Part shown: positions 1 through 10,050 of the stretch, piece by piece
How positions within the stretch are numbered: position 1 is the first letter of the stretch
Layout: each line of letters begins with the position of its first letter
DNA from: a virus
Direction: 5' to 3' (one strand)
DNA: 23,896 nt
UHGV virus genome: UHGV-0115697
The notes under the pieces: generated by a model
Databases searched by the model: none
What the model was told of the DNA's origin: nothing
The model's input: only the letters and a program-made list of their open reading frames with translations
Position numbers and translations under genes: made by a program

Positions 1-52
1 CGGGCATCGTTAACTTAAGATACAAAAGCTGTCCGGAAATGGCGGGTCAAGA

Positions 53-1654
53 TCATGGATTATTATTTACGCCTCTAATACTGCCAGCAGAAAATGACAT
101 AGATGTAGAATTAGTTGCATTAAGGAAGTTATAGGTACGTCGACTGGGTGTGCTGTATTCTCCAATGCCAAGTGCATCAAAAGAAGACATAACAAAACCA
201 TTAACTTTATCAGCCCTTATAGCTGTCATGTTAGTATTCAATGCGGTTGATGCGTGAACAAAATGAGCGTTAGATATTTGCACAGATTCTACTTTACGTA
301 CTGAGTTTCCGTACAGTGCTAAAATCGGGATAGATACTCCTGAAGTATTAGTTGTCTCACCAATATAAATATTACTAAGCGCGGTATTTATATGATTTGT
401 TGAAGTATCTTGTGGCTCTAAAGCTATAGCTCCAATATCATATCCTCCATTGCAAAATATATTGCTAGCTCGATTGCCACCGGCTGATAACCTTAATGGG
501 CAGCTTCCTCCGTACACTTCCACAGTGTCTAGAACAGAGTCGCTGTACACACGTATGCCACCTCCCGTTGCACGGATTGAGATATCTGATACATCGGTAG
601 CTTCGCAATAAATATCTCGAAATCTTGCAAGTCCTTGACCGTCATAGATAAACCATGTATTGAATCTCTTGCCAGTTAACTTCTCGTAATACCACCCAGC
701 ACCGCGAGTATGCAGTATGGCGTGGTTGCACCGCCACTCACCGTCGAACTGGATGTTTTCAAACTTAATACTATCTTGCCCATCATTAGTGTCACCAGAG
801 CCAAAAATATAGTTCTGACCATCGTTCAATGGTTTTATTACTGTAGTCCCTGAGTACGCCTGGTTAGCACCTTGGCCTACAAAAGTTAGCCCTTGGGTGT
901 ATCCAGGTATAGTACAAGGTGACATTCTAAGCTCACCCTTGGGCAGGATAATGCGTCGTACACCAGCATCTATAGCTTTTAATATCGCGGGTGTTTGGTC
1001 GGCAACATGCACGCCGCCGCCGTAATTTTCAATATAGTCAGACACAGGTTCTTTTTTCCAGTTGGTATCTACTGTCGGTGTAGTGGGAACCATTGAACCT
1101 GGTGTGATTTCCCCCTTGTATGAGTAGTATTCATTATTAAATTTGAATGCCTGTAGCGCAGAGTGCAATGGTGAATTGCTACCAAAATATCCAGATGGAA
1201 TAAATGGATGCAAATCATATTGCTGTAATTCAAATAGTTTTATTGCATTATCAAGCGTAGAATCTTCATATCCAACAAGTGAGGCCCCTTCAGGACCAGA
1301 TAACTCTTTCCTTAGCTGATCAGGATCATACTTCAGCACATTAGGAAAATAGAACTGCTGTGCACCATACGCATCATAAACAGCCATAGAATGGCCTTGC
1401 ACAGTTACGAATTTGGCAATCTGTCCGTTATATACAGGGTAACCAGCGGCGTTAATGATGATTGGCTGGGATACAGGAACGTGAGAGCCGTCTTCGTTCT
1501 CCACATAAACCTGAATCTGGTTTTCAGGATTTACAGGGTCAGTGTCAATTTTACCGATATAAATTTTGCCATTGGCTACGGCTTTAAAAGAACGCGCCAT
1601 AGTGAAGAGTTGCGAAGGCATGCTTACCACAACATTTGCGGTGATATCTGACAT
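53..1654 (-). CDS. Tailspike protein (P22 gene 9 homolog): conserved head-binding N-terminus, divergent receptor-binding/depolymerase domain
   Basis: N-terminal [11 protein letters not shown]...[12 protein letters not shown]...DTDPVNP...[12 protein letters not shown]...VLKYDPDQ closely matches the remembered P22 tailspike head-binding domain; GGAG SD 7 nt upstream of ATG at 1654; the track ORF extends to an ATG at 1711 that abuts a terminator T-tract, so 1654 is preferred. Rest of protein is Asn/Thr/Ser/Gly-rich, beta-helix-like, not P22-like. Confidence 0.85.
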   Translation of the reverse strand: MSDITANVVVSMPSQLFTMARSFKAVANGKIYIGKIDTDPVNPENQIQVYVENEDGSHVPVSQPIIINAAGYPVYNGQIAKFVTVQGHSMAVYDAYGAQQFYFPNVLKYDPDQLRKELSGPEGASLVGYEDSTLDNAIKLFELQQYDLHPFIPSGYFGSNSPLHSALQAFKFNNEYYSYKGEITPGSMVPTTPTVDTNWKKEPVSDYIENYGGGVHVADQTPAILKAIDAGVRRIILPKGELRMSPCTIPGYTQGLTFVGQGANQAYSGTTVIKPLNDGQNYIFGSGDTNDGQDSIKFENIQFDGEWRCNHAILHTRGAGWYYEKLTGKRFNTWFIYDGQGLARFRDIYCEATDVSDISIRATGGGIRVYSDSVLDTVEVYGGSCPLRLSAGGNRASNIFCNGGYDIGAIALEPQDTSTNHINTALSNIYIGETTNTSGVSIPILALYGNSVRKVESVQISNAHFVHASTALNTNMTAIRADKVNGFVMSSFDALGIGEYSTPSRRTYNFLNATNSTSMSFSAGSIRGVNNNP

Positions 1655-1711
1655 TTCATTGCTCCAGATACAAGGAATCGCCGCAGCGTAGCTACGGTGA
1701 ATTTTGGGCAT

Positions 1712-1734
1712 AAAAAAACCCAGCCGAAGCTGGG
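1712..1734 (-). terminator. Intrinsic terminator (minus strand) upstream of tailspike gene
   Basis: Stem CCCAGC / loop CGAA / GCTGGG at 1719-1734 with A7 run on plus strand at 1712-1718 (= U-tract after hairpin on the minus transcript). Confidence 0.6.
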
Positions 1735-1786
1735 TCGTTGCGTTGGTTATCTGTCAGTAGTTATGTACTGGCTGAAGGATTTGTAC

Positions 1787-1808
1787 AAAAAACCCACCTG
1801 AAGGTGGG
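1787..1808 (-). terminator. Intrinsic terminator (minus strand) immediately downstream of the 322-aa gene
   Basis: Stem CCCACC / loop TGAA / GGTGGG at 1793-1808 with A6 run at 1787-1792 on plus strand; 9 nt after stop codon at 1817-1819. Confidence 0.6.
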
Positions 1809-1816
1809 TTTCATAA

Positions 1817-2785
1817 TTAGATTTCTGGTTTCATTCTTCCGAAAACCTTTTCTATTCCTTTTTCGTATTCTTCTCTTGTCTCACTCATCGCTGCGACACC
1901 AAGAAGCTTACCGATATGCTGACGCAAAGCCTTGACACCAATTTCAGAAAGGAACAGATGCAACTTATCAGATTGTTTTCCGTTCTCGTCTCGGCTGGCT
2001 CGAATCTGTTCAAGGATTTTACCTTTACTCTTTGCTAGCGGGGTATATATCTGCATGTTGGTTAGCTGCCCAAAACGAATAGGCCGTCCTTTCTCTGGCC
2101 TATTCAGGCCGTACAGTCGATACCACTCCTCGTATAGCTCATCTGGAAATTCCTTTTCATATTGACGAGCCTCTTCACGAACAAACGCTTTGAACTCGTC
2201 AATGACAGCCTGAACTTCTGGACGATAACCAGCAAGCGCATACGCAACCCCCTTAATTCCCGCCTTAGCGGAGGCATTAATAAGTCTCTGTGCTGCGGCG
2301 GCTGCCTTTAACCGTGATTGTGGTAGATCGTCATTATCTTTGGCTTCTATTAGTGCCCTACCAATATCAACAATTGCTGTAATGTCATAACCTAACGCTT
2401 GATGAACGGTTTTAGACTTCGAAGTAAGTTGAAATTTATAGGGATTTTCCATTTTTCGCTGCAATTCTAGATCTCGGTATTTGCTCATATACTGAGCGCC
2501 AAGCAGTTGATCTAAATCCCTGGCATGTTCACCAATCCCTAGCAACTGAGATAATCCAGTTTTCGTAACAACGACAGTTTTCGACTCGTCATCCAGTACA
2601 TAACATTCAGCGTCAATGCCAAAATCATCTAAAAAGTTACCACGATGAGTTGCCCTGAGAATCTTACTTTTCCATCTTGCAGCAGCTGCTTTCTTTGCTA
2701 TTTCAGAACGCTGCTCTTTAGTCAGCGACTTTGCGCGAGCGATCCCGCCCTTAGCTTTCCCTTCGCCACTTTTCTTTTCAGTCAT
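1817..2785 (-). CDS. Hypothetical 322-aa soluble Lys/Glu/Ala-rich protein with basic N-terminus (accessory/moron gene in the position of P22 ant)
   Basis: ATG at 2785 preceded by AAGGTG SD; track ORF extends upstream from a TTG. N-terminus MTEKKSGEGKAKGGIARAKSLTKEQRSEIAKKAAAARW; no confident family match from memory (weak recollection of P63C-domain-like N-termini). Same orientation as tailspike; looks AT-rich. Confidence 0.6.
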   Translation of the reverse strand: MTEKKSGEGKAKGGIARAKSLTKEQRSEIAKKAAAARWKSKILRATHRGNFLDDFGIDAECYVLDDESKTVVVTKTGLSQLLGIGEHARDLDQLLGAQYMSKYRDLELQRKMENPYKFQLTSKSKTVHQALGYDITAIVDIGRALIEAKDNDDLPQSRLKAAAAAQRLINASAKAGIKGVAYALAGYRPEVQAVIDEFKAFVREEARQYEKEFPDELYEEWYRLYGLNRPEKGRPIRFGQLTNMQIYTPLAKSKGKILEQIRASRDENGKQSDKLHLFLSEIGVKALRQHIGKLLGVAAMSETREEYEKGIEKVFGRMKPEI

Positions 2786-2877
2786 AATGCAAGCACCTTT
2801 GTTGTTATGTATGCTTGCATTATATACACTGTACACACATACAAGCAAGCATAAAACTAAAACAAAATGCTTGCATT
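2786..2877. promoter_or_regulatory. Divergent intergenic control region with four ATGC-NN-GCAT operator-like palindromes
   Basis: aATGCAAGCAc (2786-2796), ATGCTTGCAT (2811-2820), aaGCAAGCAT (2843-2852), ATGCTTGCAT (2867-2876); arranged as two pairs with about 24-bp centre spacing; TATATA at 2821-2826 between them. Confidence 0.45.
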
Positions 2878-2945
2878 ACAACCGCGCTACTCCAACTACA
2901 CATTATCATCTGGTATCCTGCTCAAAACTAAGGAGTGGCTACTCA

Positions 2946-3584
2946 ATGAAAAAAATAGATATATATAGCGATACATCAGCCTATGTCATAGGCTCATTGG
3001 GGTTTTTAATTTTTTTTGTTTGGCAGTACCAGTCACTATCTCCAGGATGGCGATTTTTGGGGATGTCTTTGATATCACTTGGTGCAGGAATAGCAACGCA
3101 GGTGTTGATGTATCTCTTTAATGGATGGCTCTCAAAAAGAGTTGAGAAAAAAAGAGCTACTTCAATATGTAGAAGCCTAGCTATTCCAGAAGACTCTACA
3201 GATCAGGATGATATTGCAAAATGTTGGCGGTATATGATTGCAAGATACTCAAATGAGTTACTGGCAAACAGACTGTCCGACTTAATCGGGATCGTAGTTA
3301 CCTCTGTTGGAACAATCATCAGTATAGGGATATCAATTTGGTATGTCGGGATGATTGTCTATTTTGTTTGGAATAGAGACTTCAATGAACCTTCCCTTCT
3401 TTTTATACCTTTATTTTTCAGGGTATTAGCATTCATATGTGAGTTATTGCTCTCTTTTTTCTGCAATGTTTTGTTCAACAGATACCCAGGTGAAGCAAGA
3501 AAGTTTAATAAAAACTATGATGAGTTAAGGAGAACAGATCCTTTTCTATCAAGCAAAGAGTTCCGCGATTCCATTCGCAATTAA
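2946..3584 (+). CDS. Hypothetical 212-aa integral membrane protein (~4 predicted TM helices); candidate superinfection-exclusion-type moron; only plus-strand gene in window
   Basis: ATG at 2946 with AGGAG at 2931-2935; hydrophobic segments AYVIGSLGFLIFFVW, FLGMSLISLGAGIATQVLMYLF, LIGIVVTSVGTIISIGISIWYVGMIVYFVW, LLFIPLFFRVLAFICELLLSFFCNVLF; charged loop and tail; AT-rich; sits where P22 has sieA. Confidence 0.6.
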   Translation: MKKIDIYSDTSAYVIGSLGFLIFFVWQYQSLSPGWRFLGMSLISLGAGIATQVLMYLFNGWLSKRVEKKRATSICRSLAIPEDSTDQDDIAKCWRYMIARYSNELLANRLSDLIGIVVTSVGTIISIGISIWYVGMIVYFVWNRDFNEPSLLFIPLFFRVLAFICELLLSFFCNVLFNRYPGEARKFNKNYDELRRTDPFLSSKEFRDSIRN

Positions 3585-3605
3585 CAACATCCATGACATC
3601 AACCC

Positions 3606-5402
3606 TTAGCGATCAGTTGCATCATTGGCAAGTATTGGTCTGATGGCGTTTGCGGCGTTATTCAGCGCTCTTTCATAAGCTGGCGTTCCAGCTTTAGTGT
3701 TTGCCAAACGAAGAAGCATATTCCTTGCGGCTTTGGACTCATACAAACGCATCATTGCACCAAAACCAGCCTCAAGCCCCATTGATACACCAAGAGTCGC
3801 AGTTGCGCCAATCGTCCTTATCCTGTTGGCTTGCGATTGCCCCGTCTGAGTTACTACATTTGCGGTGTCTGACCTTGCTGTTTGCTGTAGAACTTCATGA
3901 AGAGCATCAAGCTCTTTCATGTGCTTTCCAGAAAAAATAGTGTTGTAAATTTCACCGCCTGACTGAGATTTCAGCTTATTAACTTCAGTGATGAACTTGG
4001 CTGGAGAGTCACCGGCCTTTTCCGCTATTTTGCTGACGTAAGCTGCACGCATAGCATCTTTCCCTTTATCATCCAGTGCGCTCCAGATTCGTTTCACGTC
4101 AGATGGTTTTCTGCTTAATACAACGGTATTTATAAGTTCAGGACTGGCTTCACTGCTTGCCTTGTTGAGCTTGTTAGCAATGTTTTTATTAAGCACCTTA
4201 TTATAAACGTTTGCATAATCGGAATTTGCTTTAAGGTATTTTGCTGCGTCTGATGCACCGAGGTTTTTAGCAACTGCGTTACGAAGGTCTTTTGACATTG
4301 CATTCTCTACCATATTGGTAGCTGCTTTTGCCTGGTTGGGGAAGACCATAGCATCTCCCTGAACATTAGATCTAAATGCTGTTCTGTGCTGACGCAAGAG
4401 ATCAAACGTAACATCCAAATCAGTTGCAGGGTTTGCTAATTCTTCACGTAGGTTACGCAAGGATGTAAGCAGGCTTTGATTGGCAGACGTCCCAAGCCGT
4501 TCCTGTCTTGCGATCGCTGTATTCAGAGCATTCATGGTATTTGTGGTATCAACTGCGGCATTACCCATTTTATTGGTGACGTCATTGATAACAGCGCCAG
4601 CGGCATCCTTCCGCCCCCTTAACGTGGTGGTCAGAGATTTCACCACATCATCAGGGTTATACTCACCAAAACGGTCAAAATAATTGCTTACCAGTTTACT
4701 ACGCGTTGCATATTGCTCCGCTCGCTTTGAGCCTGTCCCGAGCAAAGCACCCTCGGCATCCTGAGTAAGGCCACGAGTGAAAGCATTTTTCGGCGGGATA
4801 ACATCAGATGTCATTGGTGTCACGCCCATCGATTCTGATGTGGCAATTTTCTTCGCCACTTCTGGCGCAATATCACCTTTTATAGCCGTTATTCCACGCC
4901 CTATTCCCTTTGCTGCTGCGGAAAGAAGACCCTGTGCGCCCAGGTTAACAACGGCGTTTTTTGCCGCGTTTTCGGTAAAATCACCTTTCTGGTTAGATGC
5001 CTCTGCGATTGAGCCAATCGCCATATTCCCAGCGGTGCTGATTCCTCTGGCGACATCGGCGGTCGCCCCTACGGCTTTCGCGGCTCGACCCAGTGGCAGG
5101 ACATAACCACCAATGGCCTCGCCAGCCTGGGCGTATTGGTCTGTTGGGCGGTTTATCGGACGAGGGATCTGGTAAGGGGTGCTGTCAGCACCAAAAAGAC
5201 TACCAACTGATGTTGCGGCATCAGAAATCCCCTGAGCGACATCAAATGGAATATTTACCAGGCCTCTGGCCGCTTGCTCTGCACTTTGCATGAGCGTTTG
5301 GTCCTGCCCTGGCTCATCCAAGACAAACCCATCAGGCAGTCTAGGTGATGCCTGCTTATCGTCCAGCACAAACCCTTCCGGTAATGCTACATTGCCTGCC
5401 AT
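3606..5402 (-). CDS. Ejection (injection) protein, P22 gp16 homolog
   Basis: 598 aa versus about 609 aa for P22 gp16; last gene of the conserved order 4-10-26-14-7-20-16; Ala/Gly-rich low-complexity sequence typical of E-proteins. Confidence 0.8.
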   Translation of the reverse strand: MAGNVALPEGFVLDDKQASPRLPDGFVLDEPGQDQTLMQSAEQAARGLVNIPFDVAQGISDAATSVGSLFGADSTPYQIPRPINRPTDQYAQAGEAIGGYVLPLGRAAKAVGATADVARGISTAGNMAIGSIAEASNQKGDFTENAAKNAVVNLGAQGLLSAAAKGIGRGITAIKGDIAPEVAKKIATSESMGVTPMTSDVIPPKNAFTRGLTQDAEGALLGTGSKRAEQYATRSKLVSNYFDRFGEYNPDDVVKSLTTTLRGRKDAAGAVINDVTNKMGNAAVDTTNTMNALNTAIARQERLGTSANQSLLTSLRNLREELANPATDLDVTFDLLRQHRTAFRSNVQGDAMVFPNQAKAATNMVENAMSKDLRNAVAKNLGASDAAKYLKANSDYANVYNKVLNKNIANKLNKASSEASPELINTVVLSRKPSDVKRIWSALDDKGKDAMRAAYVSKIAEKAGDSPAKFITEVNKLKSQSGGEIYNTIFSGKHMKELDALHEVLQQTARSDTANVVTQTGQSQANRIRTIGATATLGVSMGLEAGFGAMMRLYESKAARNMLLRLANTKAGTPAYERALNNAANAIRPILANDATDR

Positions 5403-6817
5403 TGACCACCTCGGAACACTATTTTTTGACCGGTTTTCTGATTGGTGGCCGTAGCCCCCTCTGGAATCCCTCCCTGCGCGGCCGCCTGCTGTTGCCCACC
5501 TGATTGCTCTCGTTGCGCTTGCCTTTCTGACACATAGGTATCGTAACCCTGCGAGCTGTAGCCCATGGACTCAGCTTCGCGGCCTGCCACCTTTTGCAGT
5601 ACGGAATACTGACTGCGGATTTCGCTGAGCTGCTTCCTTACCACATCTTCAGGTTGCGTAACATCAAGGCGGGCTATCAGGTTTTCGAGCTTGCTACCCT
5701 CTGCGTTCGACAGTGAGCCCAGACCCCTTAACATCTGGACGTTCTGCACGAAAGCACCAGACTTAAGCTCTTCAATGGCGTTCCTGTTCGCCAGCCCCTC
5801 TTCTGAGGTGGTTGCATCAGGCATCCTTCCCGCATACCTGCCAATACCTTCTAATTCTGGCTTATCCAGTACGGAGTCAATCTTCTCGATCCCCCTTTCG
5901 CCAGTGATTAGCGCTTCGTTATAGCCGTTATTGCCCTCAAGCCACTTTCTGGCCTGCCCAATACGTGCGCCGGTTGCTGGCTTACCGGTTAGCGGATCAA
6001 TTCCCGTCGCTGCTATCTGTGAGTTAAGAGACAAAACATCCATATCCTGAAGTTGTCCTGCTCTTTCAAGGGCCGCCTGTGACTGCTTAAACACATACTT
6101 GTCGTGATTCAGTCTTGCCATTTGAGCCTTATAGGAAAGATCCTGCCCCCTAATAGCCCTCGCATTCGTCATGTCATTATTGCGAATGGTTTCGTTAATT
6201 CTTTGCTGCTCCTGCTGGCGACCAACCATCTTATCCTGAACAGCAAAAGCCTTTTCTGGCCCAAGTGCACCGAGAGACATAGTAGTCAGCATGTGTGATA
6301 GTTGCTCTGGATTCTGGATACCTGTCTGAATCATCCAGTCAGCATTCGCCCCCACGCGATTTAACCTGTCCTTGTTGTCAGTAATGAATTTACTGTAGGC
6401 TTCCGGTCCCTGGGAAAGAGCGACGTTAGCCCTCATGGCTAAATCGCCCATATCGTTGCGTTGCTGCTCATTAAGACCGGAAAACGCCTGTTGTGCCTGT
6501 GCAACAAACGCTGGATTTTCCTGGGCAAACTTAAATAGTCCCGATGGATCACCAGAAGCCCATGCATCAGCGTGAACCTTATTGAACGCACTAATCGCTT
6601 TCTGTTGCTGTTCCTGATTGTAAATATCAGCAACTCCAGCCAGACCACGTAACGCGGTCAGACCAACGTTATTTGCACCTGATCGAGCCAGTTCATTGTT
6701 TTCGCGGATCAGACCAAGCGTTGCGTTAATGTCGCTTGCCTTTGGCGCATTCTCATTTTGCGTACCGATGCCAGCCAGAAAACCACCAGAATTAATACCC
6801 TGTTGCCACGTAGCCAT
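5387..6817 (-). CDS. Ejection (injection) protein, P22 gp20 homolog
   Basis: 476 aa versus about 471 aa for P22 gp20; position between gp7 and gp16 homologs; 16-nt overlap with downstream gene. Confidence 0.8.
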   Translation of the reverse strand: MATWQQGINSGGFLAGIGTQNENAPKASDINATLGLIRENNELARSGANNVGLTALRGLAGVADIYNQEQQQKAISAFNKVHADAWASGDPSGLFKFAQENPAFVAQAQQAFSGLNEQQRNDMGDLAMRANVALSQGPEAYSKFITDNKDRLNRVGANADWMIQTGIQNPEQLSHMLTTMSLGALGPEKAFAVQDKMVGRQQEQQRINETIRNNDMTNARAIRGQDLSYKAQMARLNHDKYVFKQSQAALERAGQLQDMDVLSLNSQIAATGIDPLTGKPATGARIGQARKWLEGNNGYNEALITGERGIEKIDSVLDKPELEGIGRYAGRMPDATTSEEGLANRNAIEELKSGAFVQNVQMLRGLGSLSNAEGSKLENLIARLDVTQPEDVVRKQLSEIRSQYSVLQKVAGREAESMGYSSQGYDTYVSERQAQREQSGGQQQAAAQGGIPEGATATNQKTGQKIVFRGGQWQAM

Positions 6818-6827
6818 TGATTACCCC

Positions 6828-7523
6828 TTAATAAAGCAGTGAACCAAGCAGACCGATACCAGCACCGATACCAGCACCCCACGGAGTTGATGAACCAATT
6901 AATTTCGCAAGTCCAGCCCCAGCAATAGCACCAGACGCACCTCCGCCAATAGCAGATTGCATTGCTGATGGTCTGTTGGCATTTGCCGCTGCAAGAGCCG
7001 CACTTTGCTGCGAAATCTGACTCATGTTGTTGGCATATGTCTGCCCGGCGTTTGCCTGACCTTGCAGTGCGCCAAGACCAATATTTGCCAGATTCTGGTA
7101 GTTGTTCATCTGACCAGATAGCCATTGCTGACCAAGCGTTGGTGCGATTGTTGCTAACTGATTACCGGTTGCAGTGGAACCCAATCCACCTGTTGCTTCC
7201 GCTGCCGCCAGACTCTGATAGCGAGCCTGACCAGCAAGATCTTTGTACTGCTGAGAGTTGTAATACTGGTTAAGTGCCTGACCTTGCCCTTCCAGAGACG
7301 ATAAGTTCTCGAGGCTGCCGACATACTTATCAGCCAGAGGAGTAAACGGCTTCAGGTTGTTCATGATGGTGTTGAACTGCTGATTTTGCAGGTCTGCTGC
7401 ATACTTCTGAGCTTCTGCTGCATACTTTGCGCTTTTATCAGAACTGCCACCCTTCCCGCCTTTTTCAGGGCAATAAGGTTCCTCGCCGCGCAGTTTTCTG
7501 CCCAGCTTAAATGCATATAACAT
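6828..7523 (-). CDS. Ejection (injection) protein, P22 gp7 homolog
   Basis: 231 aa versus about 229 aa for P22 gp7; Gln/Ala/Gly-rich with hydrophobic Gly-rich C-terminus; conserved position. Confidence 0.75.
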   Translation of the reverse strand: MLYAFKLGRKLRGEEPYCPEKGGKGGSSDKSAKYAAEAQKYAADLQNQQFNTIMNNLKPFTPLADKYVGSLENLSSLEGQGQALNQYYNSQQYKDLAGQARYQSLAAAEATGGLGSTATGNQLATIAPTLGQQWLSGQMNNYQNLANIGLGALQGQANAGQTYANNMSQISQQSAALAAANANRPSAMQSAIGGGASGAIAGAGLAKLIGSSTPWGAGIGAGIGLLGSLLY

Positions 7524-7525
7524 GG

Positions 7526-7981
7526 CTATCTCCCGTGATTCAGGAAGTCGATTAGTTCTTCGCGTGTGGCGCTGTAAAAAGTCACGTCATCCACGCCTTT
7601 AAAGTATTTCTTGATGGTTCCTACACGCTTAAGGCCAATCATTGCGCAGTACATCTGCCCGTGGCGGAATTTGCGTGCAGCGAACGATGTGACGCACTGA
7701 ACGGTGGTGTTAGTCAGAATGTATCGCCAGAACGCCAGACCGATTTCCTTGCTGAATCCACGAACCTCTGGCAGGTACATGGCGTGGCAATCGAATGTAA
7801 GCGGCTGAATCTCCTGATAGTAAACAATGCCGCCGAACTGCCCGTGCACGTTCACCTCAAAGTAACGGCATTCAGGTTTGTAGTCGTATCCATCGCCGTT
7901 GTTGCTACCGGCGATAATGTCAGGGTGATTTCCGACTGCTTCGATCAGGTCGATGTTTCGCGTTGGTTTGAATGTAATCAT
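7526..7981 (-). CDS. P22 gp14-like head completion / ejection accessory protein
   Basis: 151 aa in the gp14 position between tail needle and gp7; TGATG stop/start overlap with gp26 at 7979-7983. Assignment is positional. Confidence 0.6.
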   Translation of the reverse strand: MITFKPTRNIDLIEAVGNHPDIIAGSNNGDGYDYKPECRYFEVNVHGQFGGIVYYQEIQPLTFDCHAMYLPEVRGFSKEIGLAFWRYILTNTTVQCVTSFAARKFRHGQMYCAMIGLKRVGTIKKYFKGVDDVTFYSATREELIDFLNHGR

Positions 7982-8619
7982 CAGTCAATCAACCCATGTG
8001 CACGCAAGGCGTCTTCCAAAGCCTTAGTGCGCCGACGCTCAGCAATTAGAGCATTGGCTATAGCCTGGATTTCAGATTGCGTGTAAGTATCGCTAACGGT
8101 GAATGTCAGGTCAGCATTGAATACGCCTTTATTCGCCGTACCTGTTGCCGCGGTCCATCCAGTCTGGCGAGCGCCAACAACTTTTGTACCGTTAACAGAA
8201 TAACTTCCTGATACGTTAAGGGATGAGGCAAGAGTTTGAGTTCCTGCTCTGCTGAGTGAAACATAATCAACGATTATCTCTGATACCTTACCGTCGATAT
8301 CCTGAACTTTTATTTTCAGACCATTAACATCATTCTCTATTTCAAGAAGCTTTACTTTTATTCCTGAAATATCCTCTTCTGTTTTTGCAATTCTTTTTTC
8401 GTGCTCATCAAGAATTACATCCTGCTCATCATTTCTGACCTGCGCATCATAAGCACCGCCTCCTGCCTGATTTGCCTTTTCTGCAATGGAGCCAACATCA
8501 GTACCCTGATTTATGACATACAGAAGGTAAGACTGACTGAATATGTTGCGAGGGAGAATAGATGCATCAATGCGTGTAGCCTGAACCACGACAGGCTTAT
8601 TAAGTGACGGGTCTGCCAT
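7981..8619 (-). CDS. Tail needle protein (P22 gp26 homolog)
   Basis: N-terminus [36 protein letters not shown] and C-terminus [59 protein letters not shown] match remembered P22 gp26; coiled-coil middle. Confidence 0.9.
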   Translation of the reverse strand: MADPSLNKPVVVQATRIDASILPRNIFSQSYLLYVINQGTDVGSIAEKANQAGGGAYDAQVRNDEQDVILDEHEKRIAKTEEDISGIKVKLLEIENDVNGLKIKVQDIDGKVSEIIVDYVSLSRAGTQTLASSLNVSGSYSVNGTKVVGARQTGWTAATGTANKGVFNADLTFTVSDTYTQSEIQAIANALIAERRRTKALEDALRAHGLID

Positions 8620-8622
8620 ATT

Positions 8623-10041
8623 TTACTCCAGACGAATTTGACACCCGGATAGTGTTACTGGTGACTTCGTGATAACGCGCAATTTGAAACCAATGTTTTT
8701 CCTGATGCGCCCTACTTTCTTCCACAAAACGCGTTTGTCGTAAACGAACGGTTCATTCTGCTCAATCATCTGCTCACGCCCGTAATTGATTCCGTCAGTG
8801 GTTGCAGAGAGGAACAGGCGGTCGGCGTACTGAGCTACGCCAGTGGATGATTCCACCTCCAGATCGAAGCATCTGGCGTTATCCGCTTTGAACAGTGGAG
8901 TAAACAGCAGGTGTTCCTGTTGAAGACCATACTGACTGCTGATATCGAACTGCAATTTGCCGGTAACCGATTCCAGCTTATCGCCGCACGTTATCTGATT
9001 TCCTTCGTAAATGAAGTCGATAGCGCGGTACACATCGTCATACAGGCCTGTTTTCAACACACACCATTGCGGACCATTGGCGCTTGAAGATGCGTCGTAC
9101 ACGAGGACGTGACGCGGAAGATGGATAATAAGCAGCTCATGCGCATCAAATCGCAGAGACTCCATCACGCCATCAGCCAGTTCATCAGCAGTGTAGGAGC
9201 GTAGTATTTTCTCAATGCTCGCGCTGGCGATTGGCGATACCTGACCGGAACCGATGATGTACACAGACGGCGCACCCGTTGCCGGATTGCTGATGAACGC
9301 ATACGAATCAGCAAACGGCGTTTTGCAGTAAGTCCCGGCAATGCCTTTCTGCACCATCAGTGATGGCTGCGCGACATACAACGCGGCACCAACAGTGGTT
9401 GCACCAGTCAGGGAGAAATATTCAATCGTTGATGAACCAAAGCAGACGATGAAGTCTCGCCATGTGCCGATACCGAGGATACCGTCAGGCTGCGACTCGG
9501 CACGATATTGTGCGCTGTAGCGGTCAGGATGCGATTCGTCTTCAAGGTCAGTGATAAACCATGAATCAGTGCCGTCTTTTGACCACGCATAACGCCCACG
9601 CAAGCGCGTAATGTCACGAACCGAACCTAACTCATACTGCGTGAATCCGCTGTCCGTAGGCCAGTTTGAGACGGTTTTAACCGTGCCATCATAACGATAC
9701 TCGATCAGTTGACCATTAACGCCTACCGCCTGTGATGTCCGACCATGAGCCATTGATACACGACCACTTCCGGCAACGTCACCGACTTCACTTTCTCCTT
9801 TGTAGAGCTTTCCACCACACACACGATAAACAGCATTCTGCGCCATGTTGTACTCGACGCCGCGCGATATACCGTTCACATCAGAACGTTTGGCAATGCC
9901 CGGGAATGAACGAAGATATCCGCTACTGTTCAGGATTTCTTTGGGTGTAGCCAGCATATTCACTGGCAGATAGTCGATATAGTCGGCGTTTCGAAAGTCT
10001 TTGCCGACGCCTTTCATAAGCGGAAGTTGCTGAATCGGCAT
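8623..10041 (-). CDS. Tail hub/adaptor protein (P22 gp10 homolog)
   Basis: 472 aa, same length as P22 gp10; conserved position between gp4 and gp26. Confidence 0.8.
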   Translation of the reverse strand: MPIQQLPLMKGVGKDFRNADYIDYLPVNMLATPKEILNSSGYLRSFPGIAKRSDVNGISRGVEYNMAQNAVYRVCGGKLYKGESEVGDVAGSGRVSMAHGRTSQAVGVNGQLIEYRYDGTVKTVSNWPTDSGFTQYELGSVRDITRLRGRYAWSKDGTDSWFITDLEDESHPDRYSAQYRAESQPDGILGIGTWRDFIVCFGSSTIEYFSLTGATTVGAALYVAQPSLMVQKGIAGTYCKTPFADSYAFISNPATGAPSVYIIGSGQVSPIASASIEKILRSYTADELADGVMESLRFDAHELLIIHLPRHVLVYDASSSANGPQWCVLKTGLYDDVYRAIDFIYEGNQITCGDKLESVTGKLQFDISSQYGLQQEHLLFTPLFKADNARCFDLEVESSTGVAQYADRLFLSATTDGINYGREQMIEQNEPFVYDKRVLWKKVGRIRKNIGFKLRVITKSPVTLSGCQIRLE

Positions 10042-10050
10042 TTATTCACC

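Noticed and set aside
1-52. Sequence downstream of the tailspike stop; looked for attR, tRNA fragment or terminator
   Set aside because: Only 52 bp available; no clear hairpin plus U-tract or repeat recognisable; the prophage boundary cannot be assessed from this window.
1655-1711. 19-codon N-terminal extension of the tailspike ORF
   Set aside because: ATG at 1711 directly abuts the terminator U-tract with no SD; the conserved P22-like N-terminus begins at the ATG at 1654, which has a GGAG SD.
2787-2945. N-terminal extension of the membrane protein (265-aa version of the track ORF)
   Set aside because: The extension runs through the operator-like palindromes and has no SD; the ATG at 2946 is preceded by AGGAG and begins a typical signal-anchor-like N-terminus.
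6709-7125. 138-aa minus-strand ORF (Cys/Trp-rich)
   Set aside because: Alternative frame overlapping the gp7 and gp20 homologs; composition typical of an out-of-frame read of GC-rich coding DNA.
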